Shown here: positions 37,534-50,540 of the stretch, piece after piece
How the letters are laid out: every line of letters begins with the position of its first letter
How positions within the stretch are numbered: position 1 is the first letter of the stretch
Assembly: GCF_963921235.1 (NCBI RefSeq)
Contig: NC_086097.1
Coordinates: 177,074,001 to 177,138,000, forward strand
DNA length: 64,000 bases
Direction of reading: 5' to 3'
Source of the DNA: Mobula hypostoma
Lineage: Eukaryota
The notes under the pieces: model-generated
The model's input: the letters and a program-made list of their open reading frames with translations, nothing else
Told to the model about the DNA's origin: nothing
The model's database searches: none
Position numbers and translations under genes: made by a program

Positions 37534-38269
37534 GTGTTCTACATCCTTTTCAAGTCTCACATGAGGGACTCGACTTTTGTTGAATCACCTTTCATATATC
37601 TCCACGTGAAACTTTGTTGAAGTTTTGCATGTGCAGCTTGTTGGAAGAAATATCCATCATTATAGGTGCATCATAATTGGCTACTTCACTATTTCTCTTG
37701 CTAATGGAATCATTTGCAAGAACTTAACTGCAGCAATTCACTATTTCAGTCGCAGTTTGTCTAAGGCCACAATATCGGGAAAGTTAACTCTGCGATCACT
37801 AGGAATGGTTCTGTCCAATTATGGAATCATGGATTATTGCAATGAAGGAGGCCATTTGGCCCATATTTAACCATCATAAGATCATATGAAATAAGATGAG
37901 AAATAGATGCCATGCCCAAGCTGTGGTGCAGCCAATGTGAACAATCATAGCATAATCTGTGTTCACAATGTGGTCTCCTCTGTACTGGAAAAACCAAATG
38001 CAGGTAGGGTGATTGCTTTGCAGCAAATCTGCATTCAGTCCAGAGGATAACCTTCACCTTTGCATTGCTGCATCAATTCCCCATTTTACAGCCACTCTGA
38101 CCTATTGGTCTGTGGCATCCTGTACTGGCCCACTGAACATGGAAGACAATGTCTGTGCTGCACACAATGCCAAATTAAACTAATCAATTCTGCCTGCAAA
38201 AGATGTATTTCCCTCCATACCTACCATACTGATGAGCCTGTCAAAAAAACCCTTAAATGTCACGATTGT

Positions 38270-39170
38270 AACTGCTTCCACTATAAAACTGCCTGCAAGG
38301 ATATTGGTCCTCAAGTCCAGATGTAACCCATCCTTTTTTTGTACAAGTCATATCTTCCCCAAAAGAGATCCTAACAATCCAGAAATTTGAAACCCTGCCT
38401 TCTGCACCAAATCCTCAGCTAAGCATTCATCTGTAAAACCATCCTGTTCTTATCCTTAATGACATGTGGCATAGGCAAGAATCTAGAAGGTCCTGCTTTT
38501 CATCTTTCTACCTGACTCCCTATACTCTCTCTTCGGGACCTCTAGCCTGCTCATACCTATGCCATTGGTACCAATACATACCACAACTTCTGGCTGCTTA
38601 CTCTCCCCTTTTAGAATGTTGTGGACGTGACCTGAGATATCCCTGAGCCTGGCACCTGGGAGTCAACATCTCTTTCACAGAATCTCCTGCTACTCTAACT
38701 ATGGAATCCCCTATCACTTTCCCTTCTGAGCCACAGAATCACACTTAATGCCAGCGACCTGCTCACTGTGGCTTCCTGCAGGAGGTCATTCCCCAAAACC
38801 ACAACAGTATCCAAAGTGGTATGCTTATTATTGAGGGGAGAGGCCACATGGGTACTCTGCACTGGCCACCTATTCACTTTCCCTCTCCTGACATTCACCC
38901 ATTTACTTGCCTCTGACAACTTAGGGGTGACTACCTCCCTGTAGCTCTTATCTATCACCTCCTCATTCTCCCATACGAATTGGAGGTCATCCAGCTGCAG
39001 CTCCAGCTGTTTAACATTGTGCTGCAACACAATGCATTTCATGCAGGTGTAGTTATCAGGGAGACTGGAGGTCTCACAGAGTTCCCACATTTCACACGAA
39101 GAGCCCTGGACCCGTTCTCACAGCACTGGCTATGTACTTATGGACAAAGGAAAGAGATTACTACCTGAAA
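38270..39170 (-). mobile_element. CR1 ORF1 relic
   Basis: ORF 38695-39090(-): MWELCETSSLPDNYTCMKC...KQLELQLDDL...EEVIDKSYREVVTP...PLNNKHTTLDTV. Confidence 0.82.
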
Positions 39171-39499
39171 GCCCATTTCCAGGCAGCTACAACTCATTGT
39201 GCAATGAACTTGCCCTACACATCTCCTTTAAAAATCACCCCACCTCACCCTAATGCTATGTCTTCTAGTATTTGACATTTCTACCCTAGGATAAAGACTC
39301 TATCTACCCTTCTTATGCCAATCAGCATTTTATAAACTTTTCTCAGGTCTCTCTTCACCCTCCAATTCTCCAAGGAAACAGGGCAACATCTCCTCGACTG
39401 AGGAGAGTTCCTGGCCCATGACCTCTCAGAATAGAGAAGGAAGACACTGAGAACTTCAGATCCCCACAGAAGCCCTTGAAGGAAGACAGCATCCCACAA

Positions 39500-40430
39500 A
39501 CCGACCACCCTCCATCAGGCAACATCTATGTACTCCTTAGTGCCTTGGGAAAGCAACCAGCATAGTCGAAGATTCCACCCACTCTTTTCCCCTCTCCCAT
39601 CAGTCCGAAGATATAAATATCTGAAAGAACAGGCCACCAGGCTCAAGGACAGCTTAGACCCTACCGTTATAAGTTTATTGAATTATTCCCTGGTAAGATA
39701 AGATCAGCTCTTGACCTGCAATCTATCTGGTTATGATCTTGCACTTCACTGCCTACCAGCACTGCACACTGTCTGTAAATGTTACATTTTATTTTGCATT
39801 CTTTTATTGTTTTACCTAGTTCTGCCTCAGTGCACTGTGTAATGGTTTGATCTGTGTGAACAGTAAACAAGTTAAGCCTTTTACTGTACCTCGGGACGTG
39901 TGACAATAATAAACTATTACTGATTCCGGTTCCAAACTCAAACTCCTGCCTCATCTAGAGGATGCAGAAAGATTAGAAAGGGTGCAGAGGAGATTTACCA
40001 GAATGCTGCCTGGATTTAGAAATAAAGTGTATATGAGGGAAGGTTGAGCAAGCTTGGGCTTTTCTCTTTGCAGCAAAGGAGGATGAGAAACAACTTGATA
40101 GAGATGTATAAGATTATAAGAGGCACAGATTGAGTGGACAACCAGCACCATTTTCCCAGAGCAGTAATGGCCGAAACCAGAGGACATGTGTTTCAGGTTT
40201 TTGGGAGATGTTTTTTCACACAGAGAGTGATAAGTGTGTGGAACAAACTCTGCTGGTAGAGGCTAATACATTAGAGACATTTAAGAGATTCAAATAGACA
40301 CATGGATGAAAAAACAACGGAGGGTTATGCAGGAGAGAAGCATTCGATTGATCATGGAGTAGGTTAAAATGTTAACACAACATTGTGGGCCGAAGGGCCC
40401 CTTTTGTGCTTATACTGTTCTATGTTCAAT
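39500..40430 (+). mobile_element. Rex-type 3' fragment (~39500-39930) followed by a CR1 3' fragment (~39955-40430)
   Basis: ccaccaggctcaaggacagc motif plus 3' UTR; LERVQRRFTRMLPG and a tgttctatgttc tail. Confidence 0.75.
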
Positions 40431-41726
40431 GTACAGTTCCTGTAGCACTCTCCCAACCTAAGGAACTGGAGACGGAGCCAATCATCCTCCATTTCAAGCA
40501 TTTGCCTCCAAAGAGATTGTCTGTAGAAGGGGAAGAGAGTTAGGCTGGGCAAAAAGTATAACAACAGTGTGAAAGTAGTAATTACAACTATGTTATTTCA
40601 GTGACATACACAAAACTCTGACAATAATTGGGCTGTAGAAAAGCAAGGTGCTGGTAATCAAGAGAATGATGTAAGCAAATTGCTTGATAATGCAGCTCGC
40701 TAGTCTAAATGGATTTCTCTGGGGATCAAACTGTCACCTTAACGTCTGGCATTCCGTCAGTAAAGATGAAGCATGCCATTTCATTAACTTAACTGCCTCC
40801 ATTCACAATGTTAATAACATCCAGCTCACAGTGAATTGGCTTGCCATGAAGCTGCACTTAAACAAAGAAAAATATTCAGTAAGGGATTGTGAGCCGTTGG
40901 AATTTTCTCTCCCAGGAAGCTGAAAATGGTGGATCTTAAGGCGAATGAGACAATGTGCATGGGGAGTGGGGCTGAGCTGGATGCTGGAACAGGCTCAGTA
41001 AACAGGTAGTTCTTATTGTTCTAAACCCCTTTCATCACAACCTCAGGGATATGTCAGAAACATAGGTACTTTGTCAAATTAACTCAAATACAACAGAAAA
41101 TGCTGGGAAAGCTCACCAGGTCACAGGCAGCATCTGTCAGAAGATAAGCTGTTAACATTTTGGTCCAGGAAGCTTTCTCAAAATCTGGATAAGTGTCAGA
41201 TGTCCACTTTAGGAGGACAAACGCAAGAGGAAAATATAGAGCAATATGATACTTTTCCCCCCTTCAATGCATCTATGTCCCGATGACTTATGCAGGAGAG
41301 GCATCCCTCATGTACACAGGACCCTGAAAAGTATTGAAGTACAGATGAATCTTTCAGTGCAATTCTACAGCTTCTTGCAAGTGTCAGCTCAAGTGGTAAA
41401 GAAGGCACATGGCATGCTTACCTTCATCAGTCAGGACATTGAGTAAAAAAGTCAGTAAGTAATGTTGCAGCTGTATAAAGTCTGAGTTAAACCACATTTG
41501 AAGTGTTGTGTGCATCCCCTTTATACCTCCTGCCTCTCACCATAAAGATGTGCTCCTTAATTTTGAACACCCCGATCATGACAATCACAGGCACATAGCA
41601 AATGAGATACAAAATTCACAAGAAAAATACAAATAAAACATAAATTATACAAAATTATGCAGGAAAGAATGCAATTTGAACAACAAAAAGGTCATTGTAG
41701 TGCCAAGTGTCAATAAGTGTTGCTAT

Positions 41727-41860
41727 CACAAACAAGAGAAAATCTGCAGATACTGGTAATCCAAGCAACACACACAAAATGCTGGAGGAACTCAGCAGGC
41801 CAGGCAGCATCTAGGAAAAGAGTACAGTCGACGTTTCGGGCCGAGAACGTTCGGCAGGAC
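41727..41860 (-). mobile_element. Penelope-like mini-insertion ending at the upstream edge of a mutated hammerhead
   Basis: cacaaacaagagaaaatctgcag...agtcgacgtttcgggccgagaacgttcggcaggac, flanked by tgctat on both sides (41721-41726, 41861-41866). Confidence 0.78.
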
Positions 41861-43364
41861 TGCTATACTGAGTTAGTCATCCTACCCAATGGTAGCTGCG
41901 GAGAGATGGCATGGCCCAGAAGGTGGATTGTGGGAATCTCCTTCTTTAACAAAATCTATGTCGGTCTGTTTTCAAACTGCCAATTAACCTCCAAATTTAA
42001 TAAATTTGAAGTGTTGTAGTATAAATTTGCACCAACACTTCTACTGATGTCTTGTAGTGTTTCCCAGGTTTAACATTCTGCTCTGCAAAATAAACAAGAC
42101 CAGTTCCAAGAAGATAGACTCACGGATTTAATTTTAAATTTAGTGCTAATCAAATTTGCACCATTGATGTCTTGCGGCAATGCTGACAACCGTGTATTTA
42201 AATAGAAGCAGTGACATCCCAAGTCACAAAAAGACATACATCATGGCTGAATTTGTTTGTCGAGACAGAGTTCAGGAGTCAGAAGTTTTGCTGCAGCTTG
42301 ATAAAACTCTGGTTGGGTCACATTTGCATTTAATTCTGGTTGCCACATTATAACAAGGATGTCAAGACTTAAGGGTGGTGAGATGGAGATATACTAAAGG
42401 GGCTGTAAGGTGCTCCTTCCCTCTGCTAGGGTACAGGTGATCCTTAGCCAAGGTATCTTCTCCCAAGATCAAAATGTCAAATGCTAGAAGGCATATATTG
42501 AAGGTGAGGGGGCAAAGTTCAAAGGAGATGTGCTGGGCAAGTTTTTTTTACACTGAAGTTGTAAGTACCTGGAACACCTTGACTGGGGTGGTGGTGGAGG
42601 CAGATAAGATAGCATTGCTTAAGAGGCTCTTAGACAGGCCCATGAATGTGCAGAGAATGGAGAGGTGTGGATCCTGTAAAGGAAGAAGGGATGAATGTAA
42701 TTAGACATTATTAGCTTAATTAGGTCAGCACCATTTCATTGGCTGAAGGACCTGTTCCTGTGCTGTATTATTTTATGTTATATGTCACTGAGGTGAAAGG
42801 TAAGGTCAAAGGTCTGCACTTCTTTACTGGAATGTAAGAGATAACCTCCTGCTCCCTGCTCCACTATTCTTCAAGGTAAGAGTGGCAGAACTGATAGAGC
42901 CACTGCTTCACAGCCCCAGCGACTTGGGCTCAGTCCTGATCCTGGCTGTCCAGCTTCTTCCCCAGATGTCCAGGTTGGTGGATTCATTGTCCACAGTCGA
43001 TTGGCCCCAGTGTGTGAGTGAGTGGTAGAATCTGAGAGGAGTTGACAGCAATGTGGGGAGGCAAGCGAGGTAGCATGGAAATGAGTGCTTGATAGTCAGC
43101 ACAGATTCAATGAGTTGAAGGATCTATGGCAATGTTCTATGACTGATTTTCATGCACACTACCATCTCCTTCAGTTCCCTCAATGTTCAGAAGAGTCAGA
43201 GAATCACAAAGTTATACGGCATACAAACAGGCCCATCTGGCTAACTCGTCCATGCCAACAAACGTGCCCATCTAAGCGACTTCTATCTGCTGGTATTTGT
43301 CCTATATCCTTTTCCTTTCCTATCCCTGTACCTGTCCAAATAGTTTATAAATATTGTTATTCTG

Positions 43365-43895
43365 GGGTATGCAGGGACGGGTAGCACCTCTGGTGAAGGG
43401 ACTTGTCATGTCCATTCCAGGACAGATCACTCACCTTTGGTCCCCACCGGAAAATCAGCTCCCATCTGTGGCTCCAAGTAGCTGTTTGCATGCAAAAGTG
43501 GCCACATTCTGGTATGCCTCTTCAACAGCTGGGCTAAACCAAGTGAAGGTGACCAGTAGCCTCTCATACTCTAGTGAGACAGAGACATGCTTGTCCTAGC
43601 ATGTGAAGTCAGCTCTGGCAGCCTGAGCAGATGAGATCTACAGTGAGAACCAACTGGTAGGCAGATGATGCTGCAACACTTCATGGAAAGCAAAGGGCAT
43701 GACAAGGCATAGAAGATGCCATGGTCATCCACAGCTACCGAGGAAGAACCCAGTTTGTGACGCTTCTCCATACCACTGAACCCAGACTTCTGAGGTCAAG
43801 AGAGTGGAACTACCCCAGTGCAACACCTTTTCCACTTTAAAAACGATGCCGCACAGCATTCCTGTCATTGTCAGATACAATGGACAACAATGATA
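43365..43895 (+). mobile_element. ~530-bp non-coding retroelement, probably RTE-mobilised
   Basis: Homologous over its length to 48816-49303 and to 61400-61747 plus 63260-63442; no ORF; 3' end gtcattgtcagatac...caac. Confidence 0.65.
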
Positions 43896-46800
43896 GTTAT
43901 TATACCAGCCTTGACCACTCTCTCTAGCAGCTCATTTCACATACATCACCCCCCAACCTCCCCACAATGAGTAGTATCTACAGGAGGCATTGCCTCAAGG
44001 AGACAACATCCATCATCGAAGATCCCCACTATCCAGGCCATGACATCTTCTTGCAGCTACCATCAGGTAGAAGGTACAGAAGCATAGAGTCCCACACTAC
44101 TAGGTTCAAGAACAGCTATTGCCATTCAACCATTCAGTACTTGAATGAAATGCCAAAATCCTAATCACCACCAGAGTGTAGCAACACCGTGATCACTCAG
44201 ATCATTTTCCATGACAATGGACTCCTTTTTGTTTTTAATGTATTTTTTCTAGTAAAAATCATACATAATTCTTTTTTCTTGTGAGTGCTGCTTCTGTGAT
44301 GCTGCTGCAAGTAAACTTCACATTGCACCTGCGCATACGTGCACTCGTGCAAATAACAACTTAACCTTGACCTTATACCCACCACCCTCTACATGAAGAA
44401 GATGCTCCTCAAGACATTTTGAAATCTTTCCCTTTTCACCTTAAACCTAGCCCTGTTGTTTTCGGTTCCCTTCTCCTTGGAAAAAGAACTGAGTGCACTC
44501 ACTCTGTCCTTTTCCCCCAAATGATTTTGTACACCTCTATTTTATCACCCCCAGTCTCCTACGCTCCATGAAATGAAGTCTTTATCCTGCCCGTCCTCCC
44601 CCTATATCTCAGTCCATTGAGTCCTACGAGCTTAAATTTCTGTTTTCAATGAACTCTGTGATGGAGCTTCTACGTCCCTGTGTGAAGAATTCTGACGGCT
44701 AACATCCAGCAGAGTGAAGAAATTCCTCCTCTGAATTGTCCACCCCTTTATTCCCAAACTGTGCCCCCGACCCCAGATTAGCAGAAACAAACTCCCTGAG
44801 TGTAGCCTGCATATTCTGGTTTGTTGAGTATCATCATGAAAAATGTGTTTGCAATTCCAAACAAACAAAAAAAAACGGGATTCTTTAAATATTTGTTGAA
44901 AACAGAAGCATTTTCTCTAAATTATTGTTGCTCTTTTAACACCATCCACAAAGCAGGATGTTTCTGGTTCCCTGGAGATTACACAGAAGCATTATCTAAA
45001 TTAAAATATTTTGTTTTTATGACCTGCTGCCTGTTTCCATATAATTTATTCCACCCAGTACATTATTCCCAGCTGTCTCCTCTTCATCTCCCTCTCAGGT
45101 GGCCACTCTAAATTTTGTAATTTTTTTCCCAAGACTCAGTGCATTGCAAAATGGTGAAAATCCTTTGCATTATCTCATATATTTGCATTTTTCTTTCACA
45201 ATACAGAAGGAGGCCATTTGGCCCATCGAGTCTTTGAGTGATAGAGCATGGAAGCATACCCTTAAGGCCCATCGAGTCGTCAATCAGCCACCCATTTACC
45301 TACACTAATCCCACATTCCCATCGACCAGTGGAGAGCAGTAAACACTGCCCAGTCCATTTCAGACTCGTCACTTCCTTCCATCCAGTCCACCTTCACCCT
45401 GCACCGCATCAGGAAGGTTAACAGAATCGGAATCAGATTTATTATTACTGACATACAGTATGTGCTGAAATCTGTTCTTTTGCAGCAGTAGTATGGTGCA
45501 AAGCATGAGACATAATGACTGGGATGCCTGCTGCATCTATTTCATTGCATCTTGAGCTTGATACTGGATTCAAGACCTTGAAAGCCCAGATGACCAGACT
45601 CAAGAACAGTTTCTTTTCCACTGCTGTAAGACTCCTGAAGCAGTCACCTCCTTCACATCTCTTCCCGGTGGTGCTGCCACATTCTGGATCCCCTAATTCT
45701 ATCTTTTGCATTACTGTCACTTTAGCATTTCTCTTTGCACGGCTTTAGAATGCGCTACAAGTTTTGCACTGCACCGTTGTTTTGCACTATTCACTGCATT
45801 TATCATTTATTTATTAGCATCATGCACACCGTTTACTCGGTGAACTTCACACAAGCAAGGAATTTCATTGCACCCTGGTGCGTATGATGATATATTCATC
45901 CGAATCCAAGATTCTAACACTCAACTGCACATCCATTAGAATTGGCAAGTGACCACACTCCCATCAGTCCCATTCCTCCACCTTTCTTCCTGTAGCCACT
46001 CTCACTCACATGCCAGTCCACTGCCCTCTCATTCACCTATCCTCATCTACACCAGGAGCAACTTACAATAGTCAATTAACCAACCAACCAACACATACTG
46101 GGATATGGGAGAAAACCAGAGCACCCAAGTGCCTGCTGATTTTATTTTCTCTCTCTTTCTCTCAGCTGCTGAACAGTTCCATATGGATTATGAGAGGACT
46201 TCAAACCTTGGGCATCAAGTCACTTGTCAGTGAAGCAGCTTTATCTAAAGGGTGATTGGCTGGGCCTTATTGAAGGAAATAACCTTTTCCTTAATTCCTC
46301 TGTGGGACATGGGTATTGGTGTCATCCAAATAGGTACTGCACATATAATGGTACTTGAGAAGGAGAGGGAGAGCCATTGTTATTCTTCTGTTGAAGGAGT
46401 TCCCTTAGTGATCTATGGAAGGAGTTCCAGGATTTGAAACCAATAATGAAGAAGGACTCATTACTGCCTCAGTAAAGCAGCCAGCATAAACAAAGAGCCC
46501 ACCCATCCCAGTCATTATCTCCTCTCCCCACTTGCAATGGCAATCCTGGTGGCGGGGGGAGGGGAGGGAGATTGTCTCATCCTGAAGCATTATCTGTTTG
46601 ATGGTTTCCATGGATGGGTGCTGTCTGGCCTGCTGAGTTCCTCCAGCATTTTGTGTGAGTTGCTCTGGACTTCCAGCATCTGCAAAATCCCTTGTGTTTA
46701 GGCAAATCCTGCTTTGTCATTGGCAAGACGCAAAGTAGATTCTCTGAGCTTGGCGCACAGTGAGCAAATTACCCAATAGACCTGAGCTTCCAGACAGAAT

Positions 46801-47734
46801 GGGAGCAGTCAGCTAGCAGGCAAAGAACAAGTGGTATTTGTTCCGGTTTCTTGCCCCCACCATCCCCCCCCCCCCCCCCAATCCCCAACTGATATTCCGG
46901 AATGACTGGGAAGGTTGTATTTTAAACAGAAAAGCAAGAGGACTTTGGAATGCTCTTCAAGAAACACAAATTCTTATCACCATAACTCCCCACAGATTGT
47001 CCTTGTGTCTGTAAGTACAGGTAGGGTTGATGAGCCTGTTGTGATAATGGTTCCTGTACTTGGCTGAAAGCCTTTGAAAAAGCAATTTCCCCGATGTGCC
47101 AGATGTATAGTATCTGACAAGGCTTCAGTTAAAATTCCAGTAAGGCAGTTGATTGCAATTTTTCCATGTACTTGTTTATACACTTCCCCCCCTCCCCTGC
47201 ACCCCCCCCCCAGGTAGATCATTGTGTTGATGCAGTGGATGTGTTGCTGGGCATGTAATGAAAAGCTATGTGGGGCACTGAAATTCCTCCATCCATTACC
47301 ATCTTTAGGAAGATATTCCTGAATGTTATAGACAAAAATAATCACAATACTGTTGCTTAAAACGTGAAGTAACTCCTGCTTACCCCATGAAAGAATCTTT
47401 CCCTTGTCCAGATTTGGGAATCCGAGCGGCCATTGGGCAGGAGGTGTTTCCCACATGACCAGGTTCAAGAACAATTACTTCTCTTCAACCATTCTCTTCT
47501 TGAACCAGCCTGCACAACCATAGTCTAGCAATTCCATGACACTGCACCAAAATATATCTTCTTCTTCTAATTGCGTACTTCCTGTAAAAAATGTTTATAA
47601 TTAGTTTTTCTTGTGAATGCAACTTGTAAGATGCTATGTGCCAGTGATGCTGCTGCAGATAAGCTTTTCATTGTCCCTGTACAGATGTGAACTTGTGCAT
47701 ATTGTGCCTACTGAAAATTGAAAGACCCAGGGAG

Positions 47735-48073
47735 CAGACGTGGTGAGAATGTTTCCAACAGTGGGAGAGCTGAGGATCAGAGGCGTATTCTCCAAATAAA
47801 AACATGTCTCTTTAGGGCAGATATGATGAGAAAATACTTCAGCCAGAGGGTGGAGAACGTGTGGGATTCGTAGCCACAGGTGGCTGTGGAGGCCATGTTC
47901 TTGGTATATTTAAGGTGGAGGTTGATCGGTTTTTGATTAGTAAGGGTGTCAAAGGTTACAGGGAGAAGGCAAGAGAATGGGGTTGAGAGGGATAATAAAT
48001 CAGCCATGATAGAATGGTAGAGCAAACTTGTTGGGCTGAATAGCCTAATTCTTCTCCTATGTCTTATGGTCTT
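47735..48073 (+). mobile_element. CR1 3' fragment
   Basis: FSQRVENVWDS remnant and a tcctatgtcttatggtctt tail. Confidence 0.82.
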
Positions 48074-48815
48074 CCCAAGAGTACCAGAATAAAGTGTCTA
48101 TTACAAGTAAAGGTGGAAGATATTGCTTAGTCTTTCTAGATTAGCAAATACAGCGCTAAAATACTTACGCACAGTTAATTCTTCTGATATCAGCCATAAA
48201 GCCCACTGCTGCTGAAAGCAAAAGAATTGATTGACTGGAAATATACAGATTCGAATTCTCTAAGGATTATAACTAAAATAGGAATGTATAACGTGCTGGA
48301 GAGATAGGCAAAGCAATTGCTTGGTCCATCTTTTTGGCTAATGAAATAATTCCTTCTATAAAGTGAAGATGGAGATACAGATCATGTAAACAAAATGCTG
48401 GCCAATTAAATGTTTGCCATCACATATAAAATTTGCAGGTATACACAATAACTTTTTAGTAGGCATCCTATGCTGCTCAGCTGTAGTGACTACCCTAATT
48501 TATGGCCTCATTGGGAAGAACGCACATTCTGGTCCAATGGGTTTCAGCATAATTTACCACTGTCTACGAATTAAGACAACCAATGCAAAATTCTACTCGG
48601 GCAGCCTAATGGAGAATGTGATGTAACTGCTATGTTTTGCCACACTGAGAATATTGGAGACACCAGTGCCTCAGGTTTAGCATGCTCATACTTGCAAATT
48701 ATGCCATTTCGGTACTGTTGCAAGAGCAGCACTTATCGTGATTGGTCTTCAGTAAATTATGGTCAGCACCCTTCTATTCCCATTCACTTTTTAGAATTCA
48801 CATTGATACAATTAC

Positions 48816-49303
48816 ATGTTGGTTGTCTGTCCTTGTCCGATGACGACGTAAACCTGTGTGGGAGGAGTATAATAGTGAAAAAGGCATTGTATTGGGGCAC
48901 TTTCATTCTCTCGGTCTCAAACATCTTGGTCTAATGGTATGAAAGTTTGTCATGGCTGGAGGCTTCCTCAGCTGAAGTTAATAGCCATGATGCCCTCTGT
49001 GCCTTGCCTTACCCTTTGCTCTCTACTATGTGTTGCAGCACTGCCTTCTTGACCATTGAATCTTGTAGTTGATCTCATCCGCCCAGTCCACTGGAACTGA
49101 CTTCACATGCTGGGGTAGGCATATCCCTATCTCACCGGAGTCGGAGGCCCCCAGCTACCCTCACCTCGGATGTATGGGGTGTCCAAGGAGGGGTAGCACC
49201 TCTGGTGGGACCCAGGGGCAGCTCGTCCACCTTTAGTCCCCACCTGTGGCTCCAAGTAACTGTTTGCATGTAACAGTGGCCACACCCTGGTACACCACTT
49301 CAA
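48816..49303 (-). mobile_element. Copy of the ~530-bp element with an inverted 5' part
   Basis: 48816-49166 is the 3' portion on the minus strand; 49176-49303 is the 5' portion on the plus strand. Confidence 0.75.
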
Positions 49304-50071
49304 TATAGTGATAAAGGGAACATCTCAGCAGCCATGCCTCATTAGGTGTTTGACGGAATTTTGTATGTCAGGGACTCGAGAAGATTCCTACAGATGTACC
49401 ATAGACAGCATTTTGACTGGTTGCATCACTCTCTGATGATCTCATACTGTAGGAGTGGATAATGGACCACAGGAGAAAGGGAAGGAGGAGAGGTGCCGGG
49501 GGAGGCGATAGGCAGGTGAAAAGAGGCAAGAGGCCAGAGTAGACAATAGAAGAAGAGGGGAGGGGGGAAGGAAATTTCTTTTTGCTGGAAGGAGAAATCA
49601 ATATTCATGCCGTCAGGTTGGGGGCTACCCAGACAGAATAAGGCTCCTACATGCTGAGGGTGGCCTCATCATGGTACAAGAGGGGACCATGGACTAACAC
49701 GTCGGAACGGGAATAAAAATCACATTAAAATAGTTGGCCACTGGAAAGTTCTGCTTTTGGCGGATAGAGAGCAGGTGCTCAATGAAGCAGTCCCCCAATT
49801 TACGATGGGTCTCACCAATACAGAAGAGGCTACATCAGGAGCAGCAGACACAACAGAAACCCCCACGGATCTGCAGGTAGAGTGTTGCCTCACCTGGAAG
49901 GACTGTTTGGGGCCCTGAATGGAGTTGAGGGAGGAGGTGAATGTGAGTGGGCAGTTGCAGCACTTCAGTGACTTGCTGGGATAAGTTCTGGGAGGGAGAT
50001 TAGTGAGGAGGGATAAGGAAATCATGGAAGAAGTGATCCTTGTGGAAAGCAGAGAGAGGAAGGGAGGTAAA

Positions 50072-50540
50072 CACCTTATATTCCGTCTGGGTAGCCTCCA
50101 ACCTGATGGCATGAACATCGACTTCTCTAACTTCCGCTAATGCCCCACCTCCCCACCCCCCCCGTACCCCATCCGTTATTTATTTTTATACACTCACTTT
50201 TTCTCTCGCTCTCCTTTTTCTCCCTCTGTCCCTCTGAATATACCCCTTGCCCATCCTCTGGGTTCCCCCCCCCTTGTCTTTCTTCCCGGACCTCCTGTCC
50301 CATGATCCTCTCGTATCCCTTTTGCCAATCACCTGTCCAGCTCTTGGCTCCATCCCTCCCCCTCCTGTCTTCTCCTATCATTTTGGATCTCCCCCTCCCA
50401 CTCCAACTTTCAAATCCCTTACTCACTCTTCCTTCAGTTAGTCCTGACGAAGGGTCTCGGCCTGAAACGTCGACTGCACCTCTTCCTAGAGATGCTGCCT
50501 GGCCTGCTGCGTTCACCAGCAACTTTTATGTGTGTTGCTT
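50072..50540 (+). mobile_element. Young Penelope-like insertion (ORF end plus pseudo-LTR)
   Basis: HLIFRLGSLQPDGMNIDFSNFR* then the pseudo-LTR; perfect 13-bp TSD gaagggaggtaaa (50059-50071, 50541-50553). Confidence 0.9.
50440..50475 (+). ncRNA. Minimal type I hammerhead ribozyme, intact core
   Basis: Identical to 31181-31216; predicted cleavage after C50471. Confidence 0.8.

Noticed and set aside
37589..37701. Minus-strand exon candidate (YNDGYFFQQAAHAKLQQSFTWRYMK)
   Set aside because: An in-frame TGA lies just upstream with no intervening acceptor, and all three frames from the nearest plausible acceptor contain stops.
46141..46257. Plus-strand exon after a strong pyrimidine tract (similar case at ~45075-45120)
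   Set aside because: Donor sites are weak and the peptides unrecognisable; such tracts arise by chance in this composition.
48169..48211. AVGFMADIRRINC as a UPF1/senataxin-like helicase motif (GFL.D.RR.NVA)
   Set aside because: Only a short partial resemblance, with no TRA continuation or other helicase motifs found; no gene assigned.
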